Virus record (IMG/VR): IMGVR_UViG_3300043639_000076
Location: 3,463-67,462 of that record
DNA: 64,000 nt
Reading direction: 5' to 3' (one strand)
Origin: a virus
Position numbers and translations under genes: made by a program. The notes beneath the pieces were generated by a model, which was given only the letters and a program-made list of their open reading frames with translations, was not told the DNA's origin and made no database searches. Within the stretch, counting starts at the first letter, position 1, and each line of letters begins with the position of its first letter. Shown here one piece after another: positions 48,900-57,951 of this stretch.

Positions 48900-49075
48900 T
48901 AGGCCCACCCTGTTTTAGGTCGTGTTTTGAGGTCGTGGTCCAAAATCCATAGACACTGTCTGCATCCCACTACTATAACCACCTCCACTACCTATGGGGT
49001 TAGTTATATTGATTTAAGGGGGGAGATTCCCATAGAACTTTTTGGCCACTACGTGGAGGAGGAGGTCGTGGTGGG
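48900..49075. other. Candidate replication origin
   Basis: Non-coding, AT-enriched; CCAC(T/G)AC(CT) motif in both orientations (6 copies) right after primase/helicase genes. Confidence 0.5.
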
Positions 49076-49132
49076 TTGAACCGGCCTCGTATCGCGCCTT
49101 GCATCACGTTAAAATTCAATTTAGAAAAACGA

Positions 49133-49372
49133 ATGTCTACAGCTACTTTTCGTTATCGCGTGTTTGGTAATGGCAGCGTTCATGCCGGATGCGCTGAACT
49201 GGATACGGCGCGCGAGATCGCGCGCCTGATGAGTAAGCGACTGAAATGCGCGTTCACCGTGTTCGACCATCCGTACGGCGCGGGACGCTATGGTTCCACG
49301 CCGGTCGCGTGGTTTCTCAGAGGCCTGGAGGATGCACATGATCCAACTGAAGCCGATCACTCATCTGACTGA
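49133..49372 (+). CDS. Hypothetical protein
   Basis: ORF downstream of the ori candidate; weak support. Confidence 0.4.
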   Translation: MSTATFRYRVFGNGSVHAGCAELDTAREIARLMSKRLKCAFTVFDHPYGAGRYGSTPVAWFLRGLEDAHDPTEADHSSD

Positions 49373-49628
49373 TGAGGAACACGCGGAAGCCGCCAGATTG
49401 CTGAACGAGGTCGAGGCGCATCTGAAGCAAGTGGCCAGCATCGTCAGACGAGCGCCCTACACCGACCAGGCCTTGCGGGTCAGCAAGGCGGTTCAGGAGG
49501 TGCTGATCGATCCGCTGCGCGAAGGGTGGAGCGGCGACAAATGGGACCGAGACGGCAATCCGTATCAGTCCCACGGTTACGGTGTGTCGAACTACAAAAG
49601 GTTCATCGACAAGATCGCCGCCGGTTAG
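49338..49628 (+). CDS. Hypothetical protein
   Basis: RBS GGAGG; helical protein. Confidence 0.55.
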   Translation: MIQLKPITHLTDEEHAEAARLLNEVEAHLKQVASIVRRAPYTDQALRVSKAVQEVLIDPLREGWSGDKWDRDGNPYQSHGYGVSNYKRFIDKIAAG

Positions 49629-49850
49629 TCACGCCGCGTCGGGCGAGGGGCCGTAAATGTCGGGCCGCAGCCGGTAACGGGACACGCCGCTGATCCGCTC
49701 GACCGAGAGGACGCGCAGCGAGGGGACGCGGGTCCACTGCGAGACGGCGGGGCTGGCGATGTTGAGGTGACGCGCGAGCGCCTTCACGCCGCCGGCGCGT
49801 TGGATGGCTTCGCGCAGGGCTTCCCGCATCATTTTTTTCGGTTCCGTCAT
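49629..49850 (-). CDS. Cro/YdaS-like HTH regulator
   Basis: AI..AGG..ALAR.L.I.S.AVSQW.RVP..RV..VE..SGVSR..LRPDIYG. Confidence 0.88.
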   Translation of the reverse strand: MTEPKKMMREALREAIQRAGGVKALARHLNIASPAVSQWTRVPSLRVLSVERISGVSRYRLRPDIYGPSPDAA

Positions 49851-49938
49851 TTCGCTCGTTGACAGGTCATTCGCGGTAAGAATAGCTTATCGACCGTGCC
49901 GATGGCAATTCCGCCGCAGGGCACGCGAGGAGACGAAA

Positions 49939-50940
49939 ATGGCTGCTATCCCCAAGGGTGACGGGTGGAAACCCGCCGTCACGCTGAGTCTCGATACCGC
50001 CGGGACCAACGCTTTCGAGGAGGCCAAGAAGCAATTCGCCGAATGGTCGAAGACCCAGCCGCCGCCGGGTCCGATCGGCATGCAGAACGGCTGGTACGAC
50101 ATCACGCCGAAAATCGCCGAGGACTTGTTGCGGCGCAATATCGGTAACCGCAAGGCCACGTTGTCCGTCGTCAAGAAATACGCCAAGGCGATGAAGAGCG
50201 GGGACTGGGTGGGCACCGGACAGCCGATCCTGGTCAACAAAGACGGCAAGCTGGAGGACGCCGCGCATCGTTGCTGGGCTTCCTATCTGGGGCAGGTGAC
50301 CTTCCACAGCTACGTGATCACCGACGTTCCGGTCGTCGCGGATCTGTTCGCCTACCTGGATGACTGCAAGCCGCGCAGCGTCGCCGACGCGCTCTACACG
50401 TCGGGGTCGAACGGCTTGTCGGGCGTGCTGGCGGCGACGATCAAGCTGGCCGGCCGCTATGACGACGGCACGCTGAACGCGTTTCAGGGGAGCCGCTCCG
50501 GCGACATGAGCGTGCGGGAGGCGCTGGCTTATTCCCGGTTCCACCCGCGGCTGGGCGAGGTCACCCATCTGGTCATGTCGGACTATTCGAACGCCGTCGA
50601 TGCGATCGGTCATAAGGCGGTGGCCGCGTTGTTCTGTTGGAAAGTCGAGGAGGCGTTCGGTCACGAAGTGCTGGATGATTTCCTGGTCGCGATGGCGGCG
50701 GATGATCTGGAAGTGGATGATCCGATCGTAGGTTACCAGTCGCGGCTTCTCAAACAGGAAAAGATGAAGGAGCCACTGAAGGCACCGCACATGCTGGCGC
50801 TCCTGATCAAGGCGTTCCAGCTTCGCGCCGCCGGCCAGAAGATCAACGTCAAGAAGGGGCTGTACCTGACCGACAGCGAGCCGTTCCCGCAGATCGAGGA
50901 CGCCCAGATCGACGCGGCGATGGCGGAAGCGGCCGACTGA
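49939..50940 (+). CDS. ParB-like N-terminal domain protein
   Basis: ITP.IA..LL..N..NR....YA..MK.G.W..TG.PI....G.L.DAAHR (DGQHR variant); RBS GAGGAG; TTGACA at 49859. Confidence 0.7.
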   Translation: MAAIPKGDGWKPAVTLSLDTAGTNAFEEAKKQFAEWSKTQPPPGPIGMQNGWYDITPKIAEDLLRRNIGNRKATLSVVKKYAKAMKSGDWVGTGQPILVNKDGKLEDAAHRCWASYLGQVTFHSYVITDVPVVADLFAYLDDCKPRSVADALYTSGSNGLSGVLAATIKLAGRYDDGTLNAFQGSRSGDMSVREALAYSRFHPRLGEVTHLVMSDYSNAVDAIGHKAVAALFCWKVEEAFGHEVLDDFLVAMAADDLEVDDPIVGYQSRLLKQEKMKEPLKAPHMLALLIKAFQLRAAGQKINVKKGLYLTDSEPFPQIEDAQIDAAMAEAAD

Positions 50941-50963
50941 TTTTGGTTGGTCGATCGAAACCA

Positions 50964-50994
50964 GGGGGGTGGGGAAACCCGCCCCCTTTTTTTT
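50964..50994 (+). terminator. Rho-independent terminator with GAAA tetraloop
   Basis: GGGGGTGGG-GAAA-CCCGCCCCC followed by T8. Confidence 0.8.
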
Positions 50995-51017
50995 CATGAT
51001 GGGGTGATGGTGTTTCA

Positions 51018-52076
51018 ATGAAAAAGTCTGATGTTTCCTCCGTTCCGAACGCGCCGGATCTGATGCGCCGTCTTCGCGATACGGACTTCGATGACGACCG
51101 GTTACGGAAATCGCTGGAGGCCAACGGCTGGGTCAGTGAACTGCCGGCGATCATGGATGAGCATGGCGTGGTGCTGATCGGCGAACGGCGGGTGCGGATC
51201 GCCGGCGAGATCGGCATCGAGCCGGTGATCCGGCGGGTCGAGTTCGGTGCCGGCGCGGAAGTCGATGTCGCGCGCGTCAGGCTGGCGATGGTGTCCAACG
51301 CCGGCGGCGTGGCGATGTCGCCCAACGAGCGGCGTCGGCTCGCCAACCATCTGTTCGGGCTTGCCTGGACCCAACAGGCGACCGCCTACGCGCTTGGCGT
51401 GAGCCAGCGGCAGATCAAACGCGACGTCAATCATGTGGACAGCACGGCCAAACCAAAGCGCGGAAGGCCGGCGAAACCATCGTTTGTCCCCAGAAAAGCG
51501 GCCAGGAATCCAGAGTTTGATTTCGCCGCGAAGCCGGAGAAGGTGGCGAGCGAACCGCCGCGGCCGAAACCGGTGCCGGCATGGAAGATGGCGGTCGGCG
51601 TCTCGCCGCCGCGGGAACTGACCGGCAAACCCGGTCCCGGCTCCTCCATCGAGGAGCATAACGCCTACGATGAGGAGTATGGCCGCACGCCGCTGCACCC
51701 CAAGGTCGTCATGGACCTGACCCGCGCCGCTCGGCGGGTCAGCAGCCTGACCGAATGCGTGGCCGGCGTGGAGCGTGCCGATCGACCTACCGTCGAGGGG
51801 TATCTGGAAGCGGTCGAGGCCATGCTGGCTTACGTTCCGGACAAAGACCAGACTGATGGACGCGAGAACGATTACGCGGCCGAGGCGCGCAAATCGCTCT
51901 CGCGCATGCGTAAGGCGCTGCCGGGTGCGCTGACGAAACTCCAGGATCTGGAAGATCGACTGCGCCGGCGCGACGGGGACAAGGTCAAATCACAGCCGGT
52001 ACCGGAAGTGGTGCATGAGATCGTGTCGCCGGAGTCCGAGATCATGCGGCCGGCCTGGGCGAGAGCAAGGCCATGA
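51018..52076 (+). CDS. ParB/Srx-domain plus HTH protein
   Basis: LRKSL..NG...P.IMDE.GVVLIGERR (ParB box II), then WTQQATAYALGVSQRQI.RD HTH. Confidence 0.72.
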   Translation: MKKSDVSSVPNAPDLMRRLRDTDFDDDRLRKSLEANGWVSELPAIMDEHGVVLIGERRVRIAGEIGIEPVIRRVEFGAGAEVDVARVRLAMVSNAGGVAMSPNERRRLANHLFGLAWTQQATAYALGVSQRQIKRDVNHVDSTAKPKRGRPAKPSFVPRKAARNPEFDFAAKPEKVASEPPRPKPVPAWKMAVGVSPPRELTGKPGPGSSIEEHNAYDEEYGRTPLHPKVVMDLTRAARRVSSLTECVAGVERADRPTVEGYLEAVEAMLAYVPDKDQTDGRENDYAAEARKSLSRMRKALPGALTKLQDLEDRLRRRDGDKVKSQPVPEVVHEIVSPESEIMRPAWARARP

Positions 52077-52092
52077 GCGACTGGTAACCGTC

Positions 52093-52455
52093 ATGCCACG
52101 AAAAAATTCAAACCAAATGGGTCTGTTCGAACCGCACACCCGCGCGCGGCCTGGCGATCCCGATACATCGCATGCCGCCGCGAGGCGCATCCAGCATACG
52201 ATGACGGATATTCAGCATAAGGTGTTGACTTACTTCCGCGCGATTTATCCGCGCGCGATCACCGACCTGGACCTCCAGGCGTATTTCAATGATGACAAAA
52301 GCACCTACCGCACCCGGCGCTCGGAACTGGTCGCGATGGGGTTGATCGTTGATACCTTGCAGCGACGCTTTCAGGACGGTTCGAATCGCGTGTTGTGGGT
52401 CGCGGTGAAAGAGGAGCCGGAACATGAGGGTCCGCGTCAGGAAGACATCTTTTGA
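52093..52455 (+). CDS. Phage winged-helix-type DNA-binding protein
   Basis: AR..DP.TSHAAA, TD.DL, RTRRSELV..GLI.D motifs. Confidence 0.6.
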   Translation: MPRKNSNQMGLFEPHTRARPGDPDTSHAAARRIQHTMTDIQHKVLTYFRAIYPRAITDLDLQAYFNDDKSTYRTRRSELVAMGLIVDTLQRRFQDGSNRVLWVAVKEEPEHEGPRQEDIF

Positions 52456-52699
52456 TGAACTGAAGCGGCTCGACGCGGCGCGCCGGCGCGAGGAGGCGTT
52501 TCGTCTGGAGAACGGTACCGTGCGCCACTGGGTGGAGTGCCATGGCCTGTCCACGCGTGTCGCGCGGCTCCTGGCCAATGATGGGTTTCACAATCTGGCA
52601 TCGTTACGCTCGGGCAAATGGTTTCTGATCCCGCGTTGCGGCGAGAAGATGCGGCTGGAGATCTTCAGGTTGTTGGGAAGGATCGAGAATGAGCGATGA
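52424..52699 (+). CDS. RNA polymerase alpha-CTD-like domain protein
   Basis: GLSTRVARLLANDGFHNLASL....FLIPRCGEKMRLEIFRLL parallels alphaCTD LSVRxxNCLxxxGIxxxxDL....LxxPNxGxKSLxEI. Confidence 0.6.
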   Translation: MRVRVRKTSFDELKRLDAARRREEAFRLENGTVRHWVECHGLSTRVARLLANDGFHNLASLRSGKWFLIPRCGEKMRLEIFRLLGRIENER

Positions 52700-52979
52700 C
52701 ATGAGCCATCGGCTGGTGGCGCTGACGCGGGCGGTGGACATGACCCTGGTCACCGCGCATGGGCTGCTGCACGATCTTCTGGCGCACCATGAAAAGGCCG
52801 GGACCGTGATGCCGCCATTCCGGATCGTGTCGGGTGATCTGACGGTGGAGGAGAACCGCAGCGCCTCGATGGCGGCGGCGCTGCGGGCCTACGGTGGGGT
52901 GCCGGGGCCATTATTCAATTTGTGGCAACACCTGGCGGCGTTCGACCAGCTTCGTTTGGCGTGGCTGGGAGGAAGATGA
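52689..52979 (+). CDS. Hypothetical protein
   Basis: Coupled in-operon ORF. Confidence 0.55.
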   Translation: MSDDMSHRLVALTRAVDMTLVTAHGLLHDLLAHHEKAGTVMPPFRIVSGDLTVEENRSASMAAALRAYGGVPGPLFNLWQHLAAFDQLRLAWLGGR

Positions 52980-53398
52980 TGGGCACGCCGATGACGGATG
53001 ACGCGGTGAAGACCTTGCGTGAATACGTGAAGCGAGCGGCGTGGGACATGGTTTACGCCGAACATATGCGTCTGCTGAATCGGCGGCGGCTTTCTTTCAT
53101 CAAGGAAATTCTGCGCCGCGGCGGATTTCCCACGAACATCCCGGCGTCGGGAGACGACGACGAAAGTGATGAAGATACCTGCCTGACCGTTGAGGAATTC
53201 GCCGCCTGGATGATCTCCGATGCGAAGACCAGCATTGAATTCCATGAAAATAATATGCCGCGCTACACGGCGAAATTCGCTTGCGTGCGGATCATGGTCG
53301 ATCAAATCGATTGTGGCCTGGATGTCGAGGACGTCCTGCGCGGGGTGCGCGCCGAGATGGAAGAGAAATGGCCGTTGCTGGGAGCGGGGGGCGAATGA
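52976..53398 (+). CDS. Hypothetical protein
   Basis: RBS GGAGGA; ATGA coupling. Confidence 0.55.
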   Translation: MMGTPMTDDAVKTLREYVKRAAWDMVYAEHMRLLNRRRLSFIKEILRRGGFPTNIPASGDDDESDEDTCLTVEEFAAWMISDAKTSIEFHENNMPRYTAKFACVRIMVDQIDCGLDVEDVLRGVRAEMEEKWPLLGAGGE

Positions 53399-53775
53399 CC
53401 CGCCAGGTCTACGAGGTCGTTTTCGCGTGGACCGAGATGGCCGAGGCCATCGCCGCGAAAGTCGCTGACGGCGACAAGGGAGCGGCGCGGGTGATGTTCA
53501 TGATGGAGGCGGCGGCGGTGCGCTGGATCGATGATCCGGCGCGCTCGTGCTGTCTGCTGTGCGAGCGCACCGTGACGCTGGAAGGCTGGCATCTGGTCGG
53601 TGGGATGTTCGATGACGATGATGGTCTGCGCTGCACGTTCTATGTCTGCGACGATTGTGGACCGCCGTTGAAAATGAACCTGATGGCGACGATCAGGGAC
53701 AAGATGGCCAGGGTCATGCACGCCGACGTCAACGTGATCCACGGCGTGGGGCGGAACGGTGAAGGGCACGCGTGA
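53395..53775 (+). CDS. Zinc-binding hypothetical protein
   Basis: CxxC...CxxC (CLLC, CDDC); ATGA coupling. Confidence 0.55.
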   Translation: MTRQVYEVVFAWTEMAEAIAAKVADGDKGAARVMFMMEAAAVRWIDDPARSCCLLCERTVTLEGWHLVGGMFDDDDGLRCTFYVCDDCGPPLKMNLMATIRDKMARVMHADVNVIHGVGRNGEGHA

Positions 53776-54008
53776 TGAAAGTTCCGGCCTGGGGACGCTG
53801 CACCTTCTGCCATTCATATCAGCCCCGGATCATCCTGGAGTGCCAGGTTGAACCGGATGACGGCGGTTACACCCAGTTGTTCAGGTTTTTTTGTAATGCC
53901 GCGTGTCATGCGAACTGGGGCACCAATCAGGAAAAGCCGCCGATCGGCAAAGCGAAAGGGAAACCAGTGAAAGTCGTTCGGAAAGTTCAGGTGGGACTGG
54001 GATTATGA
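53772..54008 (+). CDS. Zinc-binding hypothetical protein
   Basis: CTFC...FCNAAC. Confidence 0.55.
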   Translation: MMKVPAWGRCTFCHSYQPRIILECQVEPDDGGYTQLFRFFCNAACHANWGTNQEKPPIGKAKGKPVKVVRKVQVGLGL

Positions 54009-54169
54009 AAGTCAGCGAGAGCGATGATCTGCTGCGGGCGCGGATCGAGGAACTGGAACGCCTGGTGGCGGACCTGACCCGGCATAATGTTGAGTTGCGC
54101 GAGACGGTGAAGGCGTTGCTGGAGCCGACGAAAGCGCCGATCGACACCATGGGTGGTCGGTTCGGATGA
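54005..54169 (+). CDS. Small coiled-coil protein
   Basis: LRARIEELERLVADL..N.EL; ATGA coupling. Confidence 0.5.
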   Translation: MKVSESDDLLRARIEELERLVADLTRHNVELRETVKALLEPTKAPIDTMGGRFG

Positions 54170-54297
54170 TGTTCCGGCTTTACCTCGTGTTGGGCCTGAC
54201 GGTGTTTCTGGTTATTCTGGTGGTGGGATGCATCGTTGTCGTCGTCCAATCAGATACCGGCATCGAACGCCTTCAGACGGAGCCGCCCCGCATGTGA
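54166..54297 (+). CDS. Small single-TM protein (43 aa, not in ORF track)
   Basis: MMFRLYLVLGLTVFLVILVVGCIVVVVQSD...; ATGA coupling. Confidence 0.5.
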   Translation: MMFRLYLVLGLTVFLVILVVGCIVVVVQSDTGIERLQTEPPRM

Positions 54298-54488
54298 GGT
54301 GGGAGGGCCGGCGTCGGAAGAGTTTACGGTTCGCCGCCAAACGCCGAGTTTCGTTCTTTAAGCTGTTGTTCTTATTATTCCATCCCAAGAAACGAGACGA
54401 GACGATTGTGCATTCCAGTAAAAGGGAACCCTCCTACAATGGATAACGCGGCGGGATAGACGCCGCGTCATCCATGGGAGACATCACC

Positions 54489-55214
54489 TTGAGAAAGTTA
54501 CTCTACGCGGCCACGGCTCTGAGTGCCATGGCCTTTGTGCAGCCCGCGTCGGCGGTGTTGCAGATCAGCGCCGACATCAACGGCGCGCTGTTTAGCTGCC
54601 AGGATCAGGCGGCATGCGACACCAACGTCACGCCTGGCATCCTGTCCATCGCCGATCAGACCATCGGCGGCGTGCAGTTCCTGGGATCGGCGCAGACCCA
54701 GGTCATCGGCGCGACCAACTCACTCAACACCTCGACTTTTCAGGTCAACAACCTGACCGGCGGCACGGTGCCGATCACGGTGGCGATCTCGGGCACCAAC
54801 TTCCAGGGTCCGGTGCTGGCGTTCTCGGCGTCCGGTTCAGGGACGTTCCAGACCGCCGATGGGTCATCGGCGACCTTGACGTTCTGGGGTAGCGCGCTGA
54901 ACGAGCAAGGCGCGGACACGCCCACCGATCTGCCGGGTGTGTTGCTGGCGACGATGACGGAGGTGGCGACGGGCGACACGGATTCGTTCAACCAGGACTT
55001 CAGCGGGCCGTTCGCGGGACCGGCGCTCTACTCGATGAGCCTGGGAACGTCGGGTTTCCTGACGGCTGGCGGGTCGCTGGTCGGTCGGTCACAGGCCATC
55101 GTCACCCGTGAGGATGTGCCGGAACCGGCCAGCCTCGCGATCCTGGGTGCCGGTCTGGTGGGTCTGGGGCTGACGCGCCGCTTCCGGCGCGATAGCTTTG
55201 AGGTGGCGGCATGA
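54489..55214 (+). CDS. PEP-CTERM sorting-domain surface protein 1
   Basis: Signal peptide (MRKLLYAATALSAMAFVQPASA; TTG start after GGGAGA); Ser/Thr/Gly-rich body; VPEPASLAILGAGLVGLGLTRRFRR. Confidence 0.9.
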   Translation: MRKLLYAATALSAMAFVQPASAVLQISADINGALFSCQDQAACDTNVTPGILSIADQTIGGVQFLGSAQTQVIGATNSLNTSTFQVNNLTGGTVPITVAISGTNFQGPVLAFSASGSGTFQTADGSSATLTFWGSALNEQGADTPTDLPGVLLATMTEVATGDTDSFNQDFSGPFAGPALYSMSLGTSGFLTAGGSLVGRSQAIVTREDVPEPASLAILGAGLVGLGLTRRFRRDSFEVAA

Positions 55215-56011
55215 ACAGGGCGACAACCTTTCACGCGGCCATCGTCGGAGCCATGGGTGTCCTCGCCGTCGCCCTGGCTCCGACTCCGGTCGCCGCGCAT
55301 CTCGTGTTCCAGGGTGGTATCGATCTTGGTGGCACCGGGTTGGGCGCGGTCGATACGATTTTGACCATGAATGGTCAGGGATCGGAGACTGAGGAGTCGG
55401 GCAAGGTATCGTGGAACGGCACGACCAACGTCGTCGTGGGCGATCCCACGGGCGTCGGCGGGCCGTTGGCGGGCGGGGCGTATACCCTGGCTGGGTCCAC
55501 GACGATGACCGGGCAGAACCACACGGTGACCATGACGCAAACCGGCTGGACCGCGGGGGAGGGGCTTGGCATCGTGTTCAACCCGGCGGAACCCGGCCCG
55601 GTGGGTGGGGCGGCGAACGCGATCACGTTGCGCCAGATGACCATGACGATCTACGCGTCAGACGGCTCGGTGCAGTTCACCGCGCCGTGGTCGGAAGGGC
55701 CGTTGACCTTGCTGGCGGTCGATCCTGGGACCGGCAATACCGGTTATCTGTTCACCCTGGATCAGGCCGAGACGAACGCGCTCAACCATGTCACGGGGAT
55801 CGGGCCTGATAGCCGCGTGGGCCTGTTCGCCTACGTCACCGATGCCACGGGCGGTAACGAGACGTTCTTTGGCACCGTGATCCAGGCTGGTCTTTGCGAC
55901 GACTGCACGATCACCCCGGTGATCGTGGACACGCCGGAACCGGTGTCCATGGCGTTGCTGGGATCGGGGCTGGTCGGCCTCGCCGTGGCGCGTCGGCGTC
56001 GCCGTGCCTGA
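55211..56011 (+). CDS. PEP-CTERM sorting-domain surface protein 2
   Basis: Signal peptide (...AVALAPTPVAA); TPEPVSMALLGSGLVGLAVARRRRRA. Confidence 0.9.
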   Translation: MNRATTFHAAIVGAMGVLAVALAPTPVAAHLVFQGGIDLGGTGLGAVDTILTMNGQGSETEESGKVSWNGTTNVVVGDPTGVGGPLAGGAYTLAGSTTMTGQNHTVTMTQTGWTAGEGLGIVFNPAEPGPVGGAANAITLRQMTMTIYASDGSVQFTAPWSEGPLTLLAVDPGTGNTGYLFTLDQAETNALNHVTGIGPDSRVGLFAYVTDATGGNETFFGTVIQAGLCDDCTITPVIVDTPEPVSMALLGSGLVGLAVARRRRRA

Positions 56012-56161
56012 TGGTTTGGCCCGGTTGGCGGCGCTCGTGCTGTTCATCTGGGCGGTGATTTGCCTCGCGGTCTGGACCGTGTGGTGACGAGGTTGGCCTG
56101 GATATCCCCACCCCCTCCAGGCCGACAGGCGATGGTCTATCATCGTCACGACCCCCAACTG

Positions 56162-56209
56162 GACCCGGTTTCCGCCTCTTGCCAGAGGGCTGGAGCCGGG
56201 TCTTTTTTT
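56162..56209 (+). terminator. Terminator after PEP-CTERM genes
   Basis: GACCCGGTTTCC...GGAGCCGGGTC stem followed by T7. Confidence 0.65.
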
Positions 56210-57386
56210 AGTTCGACCAGCGGTCGCCGGGAATCACCCCCAGCACCGTGGTGCTGTTCATTTCCTTGCTGAACACTTTCAGGGTCTGCGGTTTGGTGGA
56301 CAGTTTCGGATTGAGCGCGGCCCAGGCCGCGAAATCGGCGAGGATAGTGGCGTGGTATTGCTCGAGTGGAGAGAGGACCGGTGATGGCGGTGGGTCAGGC
56401 GTGGGCATGGGTGGGATCGGCGGTGGCGGCTGTTCTGGTGGCGGTGGCGACGGCGACGGTGGTGGTGATGCTCCTGATCCAAGGAAAGCGATGGGAGCGA
56501 GGTCGAGGACCGGCCGATCCGCGAGAGTGACGATGTTCGACGGGGTCACTGGTCCCGACACAGCCTGTGATCCAAACACATTGATGTTAGTATATGTAAC
56601 GGGCACGTTAGTCGCGTTCCAGAGGCTGGTGCCACTGGAGCGGTCGTTGATGATGGTGTCGCCGTCGATCGTGGCGCTGGCGTTGGCGATCAGGTTGCCT
56701 TCCTCGCCGTAGGCGATGATGGCGGGGTTCTGCGTGTTCGGGCCTTGCTGGATGATGTTGTTGGCGATCGTGGCGTTACCGCCGTTCGGCAGGTCGATGG
56801 AGTAGCTGGCGCTGCCGGCGTTGTCGAAGATTCGGTTGCCGGTGATGACGTTGTTGGTGGCGCGGGATTTGACCTCGTGGCCGATCACGGCGTCGTGGAT
56901 ATAGCTGTTGGTCAACGTGAAAGTGTTGAGCGGGCCTACGTAGATGTTGTGGGTATGGCCGTCGCCGCCGATCCCGTTGTGGCTGAATTCCGAGTTGGTG
57001 ATGGTGATGTTGCCGGCGGGATCGGCGGCGGCGAGGATGCCGTCCTGGTTGTCGTGGATGAAGACGTTGTCCAGCGTGAGGTTGCCGCCCTGGTAGCGAA
57101 TGCCGGCCCCGTTGGCGTCGGGCACGGTCACGCCGGATATGTCGAAGCCGCTGATGGTGACGTTGCCGCTCTCGGTGATGTAGGCCTTGCCATCCGGCGG
57201 TTGCGCCGTGGCGAGAAGCTTCACCCAGCCGCCTTGGGCGATCAGCGTCAGGTCGTGGTCGATCTGGAGCCAGTCGTTGGTGTAGGTGCCGGCATTGACG
57301 GTGATGGTGTCGCCGGCGGATGAGGCGGCGACGGCGGCTGAGATGGTGGCGTAGGCTTGGTTTTGTCCGACCGAGAGGATGGCCAT
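56208..57386 (-). CDS. Right-handed parallel beta-helix (pectin-lyase-like) protein with Pro-rich linker
   Basis: LSVG...YATISAAVAA..AGDTI.V.AGTY; NGAGIR; HDNQDGIL; HNIYVG; GHEVKSRA; SIDLPNGG. Confidence 0.85.
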   Translation of the reverse strand: MAILSVGQNQAYATISAAVAASSAGDTITVNAGTYTNDWLQIDHDLTLIAQGGWVKLLATAQPPDGKAYITESGNVTISGFDISGVTVPDANGAGIRYQGGNLTLDNVFIHDNQDGILAAADPAGNITITNSEFSHNGIGGDGHTHNIYVGPLNTFTLTNSYIHDAVIGHEVKSRATNNVITGNRIFDNAGSASYSIDLPNGGNATIANNIIQQGPNTQNPAIIAYGEEGNLIANASATIDGDTIINDRSSGTSLWNATNVPVTYTNINVFGSQAVSGPVTPSNIVTLADRPVLDLAPIAFLGSGASPPPSPSPPPPEQPPPPIPPMPTPDPPPSPVLSPLEQYHATILADFAAWAALNPKLSTKPQTLKVFSKEMNSTTVLGVIPGDRWSN

Positions 57387-57423
57387 TTGGTGGTTCCTTG
57401 TGTGGTCGGGTCGGAGGTGTCGC

Positions 57424-57951
57424 ATGTCGAAGCTGAGTGATCCAGACGTGGCTGAAATCGTACTGGCGCTGAAGGCGAAATATGACATCGACGTACTGGT
57501 CGAGACGGGCACGTTCGAAGGTGACAGCACTCTCTGGGCGGCGGAACGATTTCGTCACGTCTTCACCATCGAGGTGTTCTCGGACTTTCAGGATTTGGCC
57601 CGCGAACACTGCGCCAGTCATGCCAATGTGACGTTTCTTTCCGGCAACACGCGGTTCGTCCTGCCGTTCGTCGCGTCGGTGCTGACGGGGCCGTCGATGT
57701 TCTGGCTGGATGCCCACTCGGCACCCGGCCTGTTCGGCGAGGCGGATGACTGGCCGGTCATGGAGGAACTGGCGGTGATCGAGCAATCACAATTCCATCA
57801 TGTGATTCTAATCGATGACGCGCACTGTTTTATGCCGGGGACGCCGCATCCGGCGTGTCCGCCGCTCGGCGCGGTGGAAAAATGGGCGCTGTTGTCTGGC
57901 TACGACTGCGCGGTCAGGGGCGACGTGATCGTGCTGACGCCGGTCGAGTGA
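57424..57951 (+). CDS. SAM-dependent methyltransferase-fold protein
   Basis: VETGTFEGDS, VFTIE, FWLDAH, P.MEEL..I, ILIDDA; RBS GGAGG. Confidence 0.8.
   Translation: MSKLSDPDVAEIVLALKAKYDIDVLVETGTFEGDSTLWAAERFRHVFTIEVFSDFQDLAREHCASHANVTFLSGNTRFVLPFVASVLTGPSMFWLDAHSAPGLFGEADDWPVMEELAVIEQSQFHHVILIDDAHCFMPGTPHPACPPLGAVEKWALLSGYDCAVRGDVIVLTPVE

Noticed and set aside
50970-50980. GGGAAACCC as a ninth RBS element
   Set aside because: Here it is the loop region of a U-tailed terminator and lies about 37 nt from the next start codon
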